From: Methanomassiliicoccales archaeon
GTDB lineage: Archaea; Thermoplasmatota; Thermoplasmata; Methanomassiliicoccales; UBA472
Reading direction: 5' to 3'
Length of the DNA: 64,000 nucleotides
NCBI GenBank assembly: GCA_038740345.1
Contig: JAVYMA010000002.1
Location: 34,314-98,313, forward strand
The first letter of the stretch is position 1. Each line of letters opens with the position of its first letter. This document shows, one piece after another, positions 1 through 9,779 of the stretch. The notes under the pieces are model-generated. The model did no database searches. It worked only from the letters and a program-made list of their open reading frames with translations, and was not told the origin of the DNA. The translations under genes were made by a program, and so were the position numbers.

Positions 1-1969
1 GCGTATCAAGGATGGTAGCCGCACGCACATCCCGGGGAAGTTCCAGAACGATGCGATAGGGGTCAGTATGGGTGGCCACGGCCTCTCCCAGTCTAGCGGT
101 CAAGAGCACTGATAACAGCTTTGAGAGGGTCTCATTTACTTTTGATCCGAAACAACAGTTAAGGATGGCGAGCTTCTTTCCCATTTCTAGCGTGAGCAGC
201 TCGTCCGTAGGAACTTTGCCCACTGACTTCTGCTCTTCCAAGTAACGACGCAATTTGCCAAGCGCTTCCTCGTCGCCGGGATAGTTATGATAGTCCTGCA
301 GGCGCCGTAAACGTCCTACTTCCATAGCCACATTGAAAGGCACAGGGATATCCTCGCCAACCCAGGAGGGTATTGAGCCTATCTCCTTAACTTGCTCCAC
401 TAGCAGCTCATCCTCCTTTATCTCGATAATGCGCCAGGAACGCCCCCTGGTGATAAACGTGGCATAAGGCTCAGCAAAGGAGATAACGAATGACTCATCC
501 AACTGCCCTACTATCTTCCTGGTGGAGAGATCGCGTATGCGAAAGCTCTTTTCATCAGGTATCATAGAGAGGTTGTTATAGAAATAGCGCATGCCTCTGT
601 TGGAACGTCGATATTCCTCGTTATTGATGAAGACCAGCCCTATGGAGCCTAATTGCTGGAGCACCGCTTCGAACTTCTCCCTGGTTAATGAATGAAAGGG
701 ATAGGCTCGAACTATTACGCGATAAGCATCGTCCCGGCGCACAGGACCAGACATGGCCATGGCCACCAATTGATTGGCCAGTACGGTGAGGGGGTTTTGC
801 CTAACCCTCAGAGGCTCTAACTCTTCCTTGGCCGCTTTGCGCGCGATCACTAGCGATTCAGCCACCTCATCAGGGGTAGAGGCCACGACAGCGCCCTCGG
901 ATTTAACCCCCACCCTATGACCGGCTCTTCCCATCCTTTGTATTAGCCTGGCCACTTGGCGCGGGGAATTGTACTGGATGGCGAAGTCTGCGCTGCCTAT
1001 GTCTATCCCCAGCTCAAGCGATGAGGTGCAGATCAGCCCTTTCAATCTCTCCTGCTTGAAAGCCTCCTCCATCTCTATGCGCGTCTCTTTGGATAGGGAG
1101 CCGTGATGAACACCGATGGGAAAAGTCTCGTCCCACACGTGGAAGCGTGCCGCTAGGGCCTCGGCGGTGTCTCTTGTATTAACGAAAAGGAGGGTGGATC
1201 GATGCGATTCAATTATGTCCTTGCAGCGCCTCATGCAAGCCACTAGTTGGGGATCACTCTGCAGCATCCCTGCTAGCTCCATATCCTCATCCTGCACCGT
1301 TGGGCTCTGTATTTCCACCGTCATGTCCTTAGCCACGCTTGCCTTCACTATGGTTACCTTTCTCCCCTTTCCAGCCAGATATCTAGCCACCTCTTCCACG
1401 CTTCCTATGGTAGCGGACAGGCCCACCCTCTGGAACTCACCTGACTCCTCCACAAGGCGCTCCATTGCCACCGCCAATTGCGCACCGCGCTCGTCCTCCG
1501 CCAACTCATGTATCTCGTCGATCACGAAGAAACGAACATTGGAGAGATGTTCTCTCAACCTCTTGCCTACGAACAATATTTGCAACGTCTCGGGCGTGGT
1601 TATAAGGATGTCAGGGGCTTTTCGAGACTGCCTGCTCCTTTCGCATTGAGGTGTGTCACCGTGTCTAACGGCCACGTCCAAACCTAAGGCGGTTCCGAAA
1701 TCTTCCAGCCTGCGCAGCAGATCTCTGTTAAGAGCCCGCAAAGGGGTAACATAGATGCACCTTACTCCCTTGCCGCTGTAACTGAGCAAGCGGTGAAATA
1801 TGGGAAGCATGGCGGCCTCGGTCTTTCCTATGCCCGTGGGAGCGACTAGAAGAACATTCTCTCCTTTGAGGATATGGGGTATAGCTTGACGCTGAGGGCC
1901 AGTGGGCTCGTGGATGTCCCTTTGCTTGAGCAGGATGCGGATACGCTCATCAAGAAGTTCGAAGACCAT
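1..1969 (-). CDS. Lhr-like superfamily-2 DEAD/DEAH-box helicase (N-terminal ~656 codons; gene runs off the left edge)
   Basis: Absent from the ORF track because it has no stop in the window. My minus-strand translation from the ATG at 1969..1967 gives MVFELLDERIRILLKQRDIHEPTGPQRQAIPHILKGENVLLVAPTGIGKTEAAM (Q motif + Walker A), FFVIDEIHEL (DEIH box), LSATIG, HHGSLSKETR and QRMGRAGHR. The frame is open to nt 1. Confidence 0.85.
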   Translation of the reverse strand, partial: MVFELLDERIRILLKQRDIHEPTGPQRQAIPHILKGENVLLVAPTGIGKTEAAMLPIFHRLLSYSGKGVRCIYVTPLRALNRDLLRRLEDFGTALGLDVAVRHGDTPQCERSRQSRKAPDILITTPETLQILFVGKRLREHLSNVRFFVIDEIHELAEDERGAQLAVAMERLVEESGEFQRVGLSATIGSVEEVARYLAGKGRKVTIVKASVAKDMTVEIQSPTVQDEDMELAGMLQSDPQLVACMRRCKDIIESHRSTLLFVNTRDTAEALAARFHVWDETFPIGVHHGSLSKETRIEMEEAFKQERLKGLICTSSLELGIDIGSADFAIQYNSPRQVARLIQRMGRAGHRVGVKSEGAVVASTPDEVAESLVIARKAAKEELEPLRVRQNPLTVLANQLVAMAMSGPVRRDDAYRVIVRAYPFHSLTREKFEAVLQQLGSIGLVFINNEEYRRSNRGMRYFYNNLSMIPDEKSFRIRDLSTRKIVGQLDESFVISFAEPYATFITRGRSWRIIEIKEDELLVEQVKEIGSIPSWVGEDIPVPFNVAMEVGRLRRLQDYHNYPGDEEALGKLRRYLEEQKSVGKVPTDELLTLEMGKKLAILNCCFGSKVNETLSKLLSVLLTARLGEAVATHTDPYRIVLELPRDVRAATILDT

Positions 1970-2219
1970 TCATCGCATCCAGAGTTTTGCGGTACATTAA
2001 CCTATCGGGTCGATCTAAGCACATAGCGCAATGATTTCACCATTCCATGCAAAAACATTATTCTGACCACATCAATAAATTAAGAGGATATCTTGGTGAA
2101 ACATTCGAGATGAACTCTCAGCAGCACATAACCTCTCAAGGAAACGGAAGCCCTGAACCGCATTCTCGTTGTTACGTCTCGCTATCCACGAAATTAAATC
2201 CTTTCAACGCCCACCAGTC

Positions 2220-3395
2220 TCAAGAGGGAGAGGTCGCTTGCGCCAAAAGCTCTGCAAGGTCTACCACCTTGATGTTAGAGCCAATCTGCTTCGCCCCTTG
2301 TTGGAGATTGAGTACGCAGAAGGGGCATGTAGTAACTATCATCTCTGCCCCCGTCTCCAATGCCTCCTGCACTCGCTTGGCAGCGATATTCACGGCATAA
2401 TCGTTGAATTGCGACTTGAACCCTCCACCTGCCCCACAACAATGCGAGCCCATTCGGTTGTAACGCATCTCCACCAGCTCGATGCCGGGCACGGCCTTTA
2501 TGACCTCCCGCGGCGCCTCGAAGACTCCTGCATGACGACCTAGATGGCAGGGATCATGGTAGGTGACCTTAGCTTTGATCTCCTTGGTGAACTTAACCTT
2601 CTTCTCCTTGATGAGCTTGAGGGCATACTGGGAGAAATGATAGACTTCAAAAGAGGGTCTGGAATAGAATCTCTTGTAGTCATGCAGGGTCGTTTTATAG
2701 CAACCGGCGCAAGCAGTGACCATAGCCTTGGCCCCCATGCGCTCAGTCTGGCGCACATTGTTCTCGGCCGCTTCCCTGGTAGCCTTGATTTGCCCCGTTC
2801 TTAGCATGGGCGAGGTGCAACACATCTCATTCTCTCCCATGATATTCTGTTTCACGCCGCAGCGGTCCATGAAGATCACCGCAGCCTGGGATATGCGTTG
2901 CATCCTGTAGGAGGCGGTACAACCGGCAAAGAAGCATATGTCCGGGTTCAAAGATTCCCTTTTTATGCTAGCGGGGAACCAGTCCCCCCGTTTGCTTGGA
3001 GGCTCACGGTAAGGGTTTTTATTGGCCAATATACTCTCGCCCAGCTTTTTATGAGCTGGAAGTGGGCCTTTCCCCTGTTCGACCACCCATTCTCTGACCT
3101 TCTCCCAGAACTCGGCGAACTCGATCTCGACATGGCATACTTGCCAACAGGCCGCACATCCAGTGCATTTGTATAACGCCTCAACGAACTCCTGATCGAT
3201 CTCCACCTTTCGCCCAAGTAGCTTGTCTAAAGGCGTCTTGTTCTGCAGCTGCTTAAGATAATACAGCTTTCCACGGGGGCTGTTGGATTCCCATGGCTCC
3301 TGTGCGTATGTATCGCACACGCGAACGCAATAGCCACATTGGAGACAGGCCGACAACTCTCTGTTGATGTTCGGCAACCTTGCCATGCCACGCAC
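2220..3395 (-). CDS. HdrD/GlcF/LutA-type Fe-S oxidoreductase with two CCG domains
   Basis: 391-aa ORF. Two ferredoxin-type motifs (CLQCGYCVRVC, CTGCAACWQVC) are followed by two Cys-rich CCG-type modules (CCTSP..CAGC; DPCH..CCGAGGG..CPFC). Confidence 0.8.
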   Translation of the reverse strand: MRGMARLPNINRELSACLQCGYCVRVCDTYAQEPWESNSPRGKLYYLKQLQNKTPLDKLLGRKVEIDQEFVEALYKCTGCAACWQVCHVEIEFAEFWEKVREWVVEQGKGPLPAHKKLGESILANKNPYREPPSKRGDWFPASIKRESLNPDICFFAGCTASYRMQRISQAAVIFMDRCGVKQNIMGENEMCCTSPMLRTGQIKATREAAENNVRQTERMGAKAMVTACAGCYKTTLHDYKRFYSRPSFEVYHFSQYALKLIKEKKVKFTKEIKAKVTYHDPCHLGRHAGVFEAPREVIKAVPGIELVEMRYNRMGSHCCGAGGGFKSQFNDYAVNIAAKRVQEALETGAEMIVTTCPFCVLNLQQGAKQIGSNIKVVDLAELLAQATSPS

Positions 3396-3555
3396 CTCAA
3401 ACCATTACCGCTTCAGCCGGCTGTATATGAATGCCCGCAGGGACCGGGGCAGGATTACTCTAGGCATGAAACCTAGGTATTTAGTTTTATTGACAGCCTA
3501 CTGGTAACTCTTGACCTAGTGAAATTAACGCCTTTAATTAATCTTTACGGAAATA

Positions 3556-4083
3556 TCATCCTTCAAGGATAGGCCCATATCCATACCAAGCCCCTTCAAG
3601 CTTGAGCATATGCAGGTTCTCCTCCAGAATTTCTTTATGTCTACGCTCCCATTTGACAAGCTCTTCTAAGGTAGCTCTGGTCCCATCATCCAAGCTCATT
3701 TTTAGCGCGTCTTGGTACATACGTATGGAGTTTTCCTCCACCTCAATCCCTTTCTGCAGGGCAGCGATCTCATCGCTGAGCGTCATGCATGAGCCCTTGG
3801 GCTTAACGAAGACCTTCTCCGGCAGTATCTTTAGGTATTCATCTATGGTCTCTACCTTGGTAGGATCGAGCCCCTTGGAGGCGCGCGCCATCTGGTCCGT
3901 GAGGATGCGCAAGTGCTCCCCTTCATCGTTTCCCAGGCCCCTTAACAGTGCCGAGCCCCTCTTGTCCTTTACGCACTGGCTCAACTCAGAATAAAAGCGA
4001 ATGCCAAACTCTTCGATGGCCATGGCGGTCTTGAGCACGGCCGCGCTCAGCTCTCTCTGCTCCATTCCCTCCCACGCCTTCAT
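3556..4083 (-). CDS. rubrerythrin/ferritin-like di-iron four-helix-bundle protein
   Basis: 175-aa ORF with paired E...ExxH patterns (EEFGIRFY / DEGEHLRIL and EVEENSIRMY / ERRHKEIL), typical of ferritin-like di-iron sites. Confidence 0.6.
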   Translation of the reverse strand: MKAWEGMEQRELSAAVLKTAMAIEEFGIRFYSELSQCVKDKRGSALLRGLGNDEGEHLRILTDQMARASKGLDPTKVETIDEYLKILPEKVFVKPKGSCMTLSDEIAALQKGIEVEENSIRMYQDALKMSLDDGTRATLEELVKWERRHKEILEENLHMLKLEGAWYGYGPILEG

Positions 4084-4727
4084 CCTTTCTCACTAGATAT
4101 CCGCGTGTATATTAACACGATGGCATCCTCTTGGGATTATTGCGGGAAAAACTTCATTCATACGATATCAGGACGTTCTATCGTTTCGCACAAGCCTCAA
4201 TCGCTGTTGGGATTAACTTGTAGCAAAACGGGCAAATAAAGCATGCAGGGTGAGCTCAGGGAGCTTGAATGGCCAAAGGTATGATGATTTGATGCGCGGG
4301 ATAACTGGCGTGGAAGAAGTAGAGGGAGGGAAGAAAACTCAGAGAATGGGGCTCAAGTCGCACGCATCGGGGGAGGAGGTGCAAGATGATGGCAGCTTAT
4401 TTTACCTCTTCATGTTTTTACTGGCTTCCCAAGTGATTACTGTAAGAGGGGGGGGGGGCAAGAGCTTAGGGCCATCCTTTCTGCGGAAAGGGGCGTCTGC
4501 ACACCGCACGACTTAAGATCGACCGGGTGGCTGGAATGGCAATCATTAAACCATCGAGTAACTCAGTGAGTCTGGGTTTACGAAACGCTTATATATGAGC
4601 ATGATTTTGCCAGCCGAATAGCCCGGGTCTTTACCCAACTCCAACGCCCTTCTGGACGTGGAGTCGAGTAGGCCTGAAGAGGTGACAGATAACGCTTAGC
4701 AGTTACACCTTTGCAGCGCTGATCGTC

Positions 4728-6713
4728 TTGGGAGCGGCCGCATCGCTCATCGCTCTCCTCACCGCGCGGAAGGAATCCTTCGGAGCGAAGCTGGCCTTCG
4801 CCTTGCTCACGCTCTCTGCGCTCATGGGCATCCTGACCTCTATAGAGGTACTCATCGCTGACGATCTGGTCCTGGAGATATTGGCTTTCCCCTTCCTGGG
4901 GGCTTTCCGAGTGCATATCGACGCCCTCTCCTCCTTCTTCCTGCTTGCCATCTCCATAGTCGGTCTAGCTACATCTCTTTACTCCATCGGGTATGTGCAA
5001 CATTATTCTGGCCATTATAGCTTGGCCAAGATGGGCTCCCTCCTACCCATTTTTTTCTTGTCTATGTGCTTGGTGGTGGCCGCTGGGGACGTGATTCTAT
5101 TCTTGGTGGTTTGGGAGTTGATGTCGCTCTCCTCCTATCTTCTGGTGGTGTACGAGCACCGTGACGAAGGCGTCCGTTCCTCTGGCTGGTTATACTTCGT
5201 CATGACCCATCTCGGCACCGCTTGCATCGCCGCCTGCCTACTGTTCATCTCTACATCCGCCGGTTCCACGGACTTCCGCAGCATAGCCCTCAGCTCCGGT
5301 GAAGGCATTTCAGAGCTAGCGCGCAGTTTAGCCTTCCTCCTAGCACTGGTCGGTTTCGGTACCAAGGCTGGGGTGATACCTCTGCATGTTTGGCTTCCCA
5401 AGGCACACCCATCTGCTCCTAGCAACGTCTCCGCTCTGATGTCTGGAGTCATGGTGAAAGTGGCCATCTACATGCTCATCCGTACCACTTTCCAGTTCTT
5501 GGGAGTGGCTGAAGGATGGTGGGGGCTTATGCTGTTGCTGCTGGGCAGCGTAACGGCGATGTTAGGCGTACTCTACGCTCTGGCGGAGAGAGACATCAAG
5601 CGTTCCTTGGCCTTTTCCACGGTGGAGAATGTGGGCATCATCCTCATCGCATTGGGCACTTCCTTGGTATTCTTTTCCCATGGCCAGGAGAAATTGGCTG
5701 CGCTGGCCCTTATAGCCTGCTTGTTGCATGTGCTCTTCCATTCTCTTTTCAAGTCCCTGCTGTTCCTGGGGGCAGGAGCAGTGGTGCAGGCTACATGCAC
5801 CAAGGACATGGAAAGAATGGGTGGCCTAGCTAAACGCATGCGTTATACCAGCATTTTCTTTTTAATTGGTTCTTTGTCAATCTCGGCCATCCCACCATTC
5901 AATGGCTTTGTTAGTGAGTGGCTCATATTCCAATCTCTCCTACGGTCATACACTGTAGATGATGTAACTATCAGCCTCTTGATGGCCTTGGCTCTAGGAA
6001 TGTTAGCGATGACTGGCGCTTTGGTCGGGGCGTGCTTCGTAAGGATGTATGGCTCTGTTTTCCTCGCTCGGCCGAGAAGCTCAGAGGCTGAAAAGGCGCA
6101 TGAAGTGTCTGTTACTATGATATTAGGACTGGCCCTATTGGCCGTGTTGTGCACGTTCACCGGGGTGATGAGCCCGCAACTCATCCCGCTAGCAGATACC
6201 GCTTGTCAGACGGTTTTGGATGTAAGCGTGGCTAGCGATCTTGTCAAGGGACTTAATTTTTATGTGGGAGGGGAGATGATTTCTCAAGCCTCACCCTTGA
6301 TTTTGGCCCTTTTGATGGGATTTATGATTCCCATAATATTCTTGGCAGTTCGATACATCGGCTCCACCCCTCTGCGAACACAGGCTGACACCTGGGACTG
6401 CGGAACACCTCTGAATGCCAGGAATGAGTACACCGCCACAGGCCATTCCCAGCCATTACGTCGGGTGTTCAATTCTATTCTTAGGGAGAAAAGTGAATTC
6501 TCCTTTGAATCAGCATCATCTCCCTACATGCGTAAAAGAATGGCTTTCCATGCGTCGATTCCAGACATATTCGAGCTTAAGCTGTATCGTCCTCTAGCAC
6601 AGATAATCACAGGGCTCGCCAAAAGGGCTAGCGTGATTCAAACCGGCAGCATTCAGAGATACTTGGCATACATTTTCGCAGTTCTCATACTCCTTCTCGT
6701 GAGTCTTAGGTGA
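4728..6713 (+). CDS. HyfB-like antiporter-type (NuoL/M/N family) membrane subunit of the Ehr-like complex
   Basis: 661-aa polytopic ORF. It has the antiporter-subunit motif FGTKAGVIPLHVWLPKAHPSAPS and is first in a hyf-ordered operon. The track start is TTG at 4728. In-frame hydrophobic codons continue upstream to a stop at 4683, so the true start is uncertain. Confidence 0.8.
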   Translation: MGAAASLIALLTARKESFGAKLAFALLTLSALMGILTSIEVLIADDLVLEILAFPFLGAFRVHIDALSSFFLLAISIVGLATSLYSIGYVQHYSGHYSLAKMGSLLPIFFLSMCLVVAAGDVILFLVVWELMSLSSYLLVVYEHRDEGVRSSGWLYFVMTHLGTACIAACLLFISTSAGSTDFRSIALSSGEGISELARSLAFLLALVGFGTKAGVIPLHVWLPKAHPSAPSNVSALMSGVMVKVAIYMLIRTTFQFLGVAEGWWGLMLLLLGSVTAMLGVLYALAERDIKRSLAFSTVENVGIILIALGTSLVFFSHGQEKLAALALIACLLHVLFHSLFKSLLFLGAGAVVQATCTKDMERMGGLAKRMRYTSIFFLIGSLSISAIPPFNGFVSEWLIFQSLLRSYTVDDVTISLLMALALGMLAMTGALVGACFVRMYGSVFLARPRSSEAEKAHEVSVTMILGLALLAVLCTFTGVMSPQLIPLADTACQTVLDVSVASDLVKGLNFYVGGEMISQASPLILALLMGFMIPIIFLAVRYIGSTPLRTQADTWDCGTPLNARNEYTATGHSQPLRRVFNSILREKSEFSFESASSPYMRKRMAFHASIPDIFELKLYRPLAQIITGLAKRASVIQTGSIQRYLAYIFAVLILLLVSLR

Positions 6714-7663
6714 TGCCTATGCTAGAATTTCTCTTCATATTTTTGCAAACATTGACGCTCTTGGCCCTTGCGCCACTCATCATTGGAGTCATCCGCAAAA
6801 CTAAGGCGGTGTTACAGAGTCGTAAGGGCCCACCTCTCCTTCAGCCATATTATGATTTGATAAAACTCTTCCACAAAGGCTCAGTAATATCAAAAGACGC
6901 TTCTTGGATGACTACCATAGCCCCCTTAGCTTGCCTTATCTCCATGGTGGTGGCTGCCCTCCTGGTCCCAGCATTCCTGACCACTACAGCAGGATTCATG
7001 GGGGACCTGATCGTCTTGGTCTATTTGTTCGCTAATATGCGCTTCTTCATGGCCTTGGCGGCTCTTGATGCAGGCTCTACATTTGGAGGAATGGGGAGCA
7101 GTAGGGAGATGATGGTCTCCGCCCTCATCGAACCTGCCATATTATTGGCCTTTTTTAGCATCGCTCTGCTCACAGGAACGACTTCGTTATCAATAGCATC
7201 TGGCTTGATTGTTGATTCAGGGGCTGAATTGATAGGCCCGACGTTGATTTTGGCCTTCTCCGCCTTCATCATCGCCCTGCTTGCTGAAAATTCTCGCATA
7301 CCTTTCGACAATCCTGCTACCCACCTCGAGCTAACCATGACGCATGAAGGTATGTTGCTGGAATACTCAGGAAGAGACTTGGCTTTGATGGAGTATGCCA
7401 GCATGATCAAGCTCATGTTATTCATGACCATAGCCTGGAACGCCTTCCTCCCTTGGGGAATAGCGACGGAGTTGAGAATGGGCTCATTGCTCATTGGTGC
7501 TGGGCTGTTCTTGCTGAAGGTTTTCTTGCTGGCTGTAATAATTGCTCTGATCGAATCTTCAATGGCTAAAATGAGACTGTTCAGGCAGCCCAGCCTTTTG
7601 GCAGGAGCCTTTGTGCTGGCCTTTCTCGCTGTAGTTTCCTACTTTGTGCTGGAGGCGATGTGA
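6710..7663 (+). CDS. HyfC/HycD/NuoH-like membrane subunit
   Basis: 317-aa membrane ORF. LAENSRIPFDNPATHLELTM resembles the NuoH/HycD motif AExxRxPFDxxExExEL. A GTGA overlap joins it to the upstream stop (ATG also at 6713). Confidence 0.8.
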   Translation: MMPMLEFLFIFLQTLTLLALAPLIIGVIRKTKAVLQSRKGPPLLQPYYDLIKLFHKGSVISKDASWMTTIAPLACLISMVVAALLVPAFLTTTAGFMGDLIVLVYLFANMRFFMALAALDAGSTFGGMGSSREMMVSALIEPAILLAFFSIALLTGTTSLSIASGLIVDSGAELIGPTLILAFSAFIIALLAENSRIPFDNPATHLELTMTHEGMLLEYSGRDLALMEYASMIKLMLFMTIAWNAFLPWGIATELRMGSLLIGAGLFLLKVFLLAVIIALIESSMAKMRLFRQPSLLAGAFVLAFLAVVSYFVLEAM

Positions 7664-8319
7664 TGGCTGAAATGGCTGTGAATGCAATGAATGGTCTGGC
7701 GGCCGCTGTACTACTCTCTGCTGTGCTACTGATGGCCATTGGCCGCATGCGCACTCTGGTATCGGCCTTTGCCCTGCAATCGCTCTCCCTTGGCCTATTG
7801 GCCGCTGTGGTCGGTTATACCACCGGCTATATGCACATGTTTGTGGTGGCGGTCATAACTATTGGAGTGAAAGCGCTCCTGATTCCCAGCATCCTGAACT
7901 CAGTCATGCAGCGTATCGGGGTATCAAAGGAGGTTGAGCCATCCCTGAGAGCCCCCTCATCATTGCTCATCTCAGCTGGAATGGTGGTGCTTGGATATTA
8001 CGTGGCGCAACCACTCATAGAGAAAAGTGGCAGCGTGACCGCTGGCGCCTTGGCCGTTTCCTTGGCTGTGGTGCTTATCGGCCTCTTCATCATGATTTCG
8101 CGTAGGAAAGCGATAACTCAGGTAGTGGCATTGTTGGTGACGGAGAACGGTATATTCATGGCGGCCATATCTCTTGGCTATGGCATGCCTTTGATCGTGG
8201 AGTTAGGCGTGTCGTTCGATGTTCTGGTGGCAGTGTTGATCATGGGCGTACTCGTTTTCCGCATCAATCAGACCTTCGATAGCCTTGACACGTCCTTCTT
8301 GAGGAGGTTGAGAGATTGA
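7660..8319 (+). CDS. HyfE-like small membrane subunit
   Basis: 219-aa hydrophobic ORF. Its size and position between the NuoH-like and second antiporter-like genes match E. coli hyfE. It overlaps the upstream stop by 4 nt. Confidence 0.65.
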   Translation: MMAEMAVNAMNGLAAAVLLSAVLLMAIGRMRTLVSAFALQSLSLGLLAAVVGYTTGYMHMFVVAVITIGVKALLIPSILNSVMQRIGVSKEVEPSLRAPSSLLISAGMVVLGYYVAQPLIEKSGSVTAGALAVSLAVVLIGLFIMISRRKAITQVVALLVTENGIFMAAISLGYGMPLIVELGVSFDVLVAVLIMGVLVFRINQTFDSLDTSFLRRLRD

Positions 8320-9779
8320 TGCTTCAAACCCTACTAGTCATACCTGCTGTCACTGCTTTGGCCTGCTTCCTCCTGCGTTCTCCGCGTAAGGTAGAATGGG
8401 CAAGTACTGCGGGCGCTTCCATACTGGCGGTCTACTCAGGGTTCTTGGCCTGGATGGTATTCGAACGTGGTAGCCTTTACTCGGAAATGCTCTATCTAGA
8501 TTCCTTCGGCGCCTTCGTCCTGATTATAACCGCGATAATGATCTTGGCATCCTCCCTATACTCGATAGCATACCTGCGTCACGAGATTAATGGGGGAAAG
8601 GTAGCGGAAGGCCGTCTGCGTTATTACTATTCACTTCTGCATGTATTCATCTTTACCCTTATTCTGGTGTGCATTTCGGACAATCTGGGTCTGTTGTGGA
8701 TAGCCATTGAGGCCACTACCCTGGCATCCGCATTTCTAGTAGGCTTTTACAATACGGAAGGGTCTTTAGAAGCGGCATGGAAGTATATCATGGTATGTTC
8801 TGTGGGAATAGCTCTAGCCCTCCTTGGTACCATACTTCTCTATGCCGCTTCTGTGCAGAGGTTAGGCGAGTCAACAGGATCCCTAAACTGGTCAACCATA
8901 TTCTCTATGGCGGATCAGCTCGATCCCACCTTGGTCAAACTTTCCTTCATCTTCGTCTTGATAGGGTATGGCACCAAGGTGGGCCTTGCCCCCATGCATA
9001 CTTGGCTTCCTGATGCTTATTCTCAAGCTCCCATACCGACAGCTATTCTCTCGGGCGCGCTCTCCAACTGCGCCTTGTATGCCATCTTGCGTTTTCATAT
9101 GGTGACATCCGAGGTCATAGATCCTTCCTTTTCCGGAAGCCTCCTGATGATCTTTGGCCTTCTCTCCTTGGCCGTAGCCTCGGTGTTCATAATTCTGGTG
9201 AGGGATTACCGACGCCTTCTAGCGTACAGCAGCGTGGAGCACATGGGCATAATCGCGCTAGCCTTCGGCTTCGGAGGTACCCTAGGCATAATGGGAGGGT
9301 TATTGCATATGCTCAATCACTCCCTTATCAAAAGCACCTTATTCCTAGGTGCAGGGCAGGTCTATTTGAGGGTGAAAACCAAGCTGATTGAGGAGGTGAA
9401 GGGCCTATCAGGCCTCATGCCATACACCTCTGTCATTTGGGCTACGGCCTTCTTGGCAATTATAGGTTGCCCCCCCTTTGGAATTTTTATAAGCGAGCTA
9501 ACAATACTCTACGCTGGCTTCCAAGTGGGAGAATTCCTTCCCATCGCTTTCTACCTCTTCTTCCTGGCTATCATATTCGCTGCAGTTTTGCACCATCTTA
9601 GCGGGATGGTCATGGGTGCTCCATGTGATTCAGGCTGCAAGGGTGAGTCAGGCCGAGCTAGCCTAGCGCTAATGATCATTCTTCTGGCTGCGGCCTTGCT
9701 GCTAGGCACGTACATGCCTTCACAGCTGAACGATATCCTGATGGATATTGCTAGACTATTCCCAGGGGGTAATGTATGA
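8316..9779 (+). CDS. HyfF-like antiporter-type (NuoM/N family) membrane subunit
   Basis: 487-aa polytopic ORF with GYGTKVGLAPMHTWLPDAYSQAP. It overlaps both neighbours (TTGATG at 8316-8321; ATGA at 9776-9779). Confidence 0.8.
   Translation: MMLQTLLVIPAVTALACFLLRSPRKVEWASTAGASILAVYSGFLAWMVFERGSLYSEMLYLDSFGAFVLIITAIMILASSLYSIAYLRHEINGGKVAEGRLRYYYSLLHVFIFTLILVCISDNLGLLWIAIEATTLASAFLVGFYNTEGSLEAAWKYIMVCSVGIALALLGTILLYAASVQRLGESTGSLNWSTIFSMADQLDPTLVKLSFIFVLIGYGTKVGLAPMHTWLPDAYSQAPIPTAILSGALSNCALYAILRFHMVTSEVIDPSFSGSLLMIFGLLSLAVASVFIILVRDYRRLLAYSSVEHMGIIALAFGFGGTLGIMGGLLHMLNHSLIKSTLFLGAGQVYLRVKTKLIEEVKGLSGLMPYTSVIWATAFLAIIGCPPFGIFISELTILYAGFQVGEFLPIAFYLFFLAIIFAAVLHHLSGMVMGAPCDSGCKGESGRASLALMIILLAAALLLGTYMPSQLNDILMDIARLFPGGNV

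Noticed and set aside
1116-1687. Plus-strand ORFs of 177 and 69 aa
   Set aside because: They lie antisense inside the clearly homologous Lhr-like helicase gene on the minus strand, and their composition (Ser/Cys/Leu-rich) is shadow-like.
4250-4516. 88-aa plus-strand ORF in the HdrD/Ehr divergent region
   Set aside because: It contains the G11 tract (translated GGGG), has no start context or recognisable family, and is probably non-coding.
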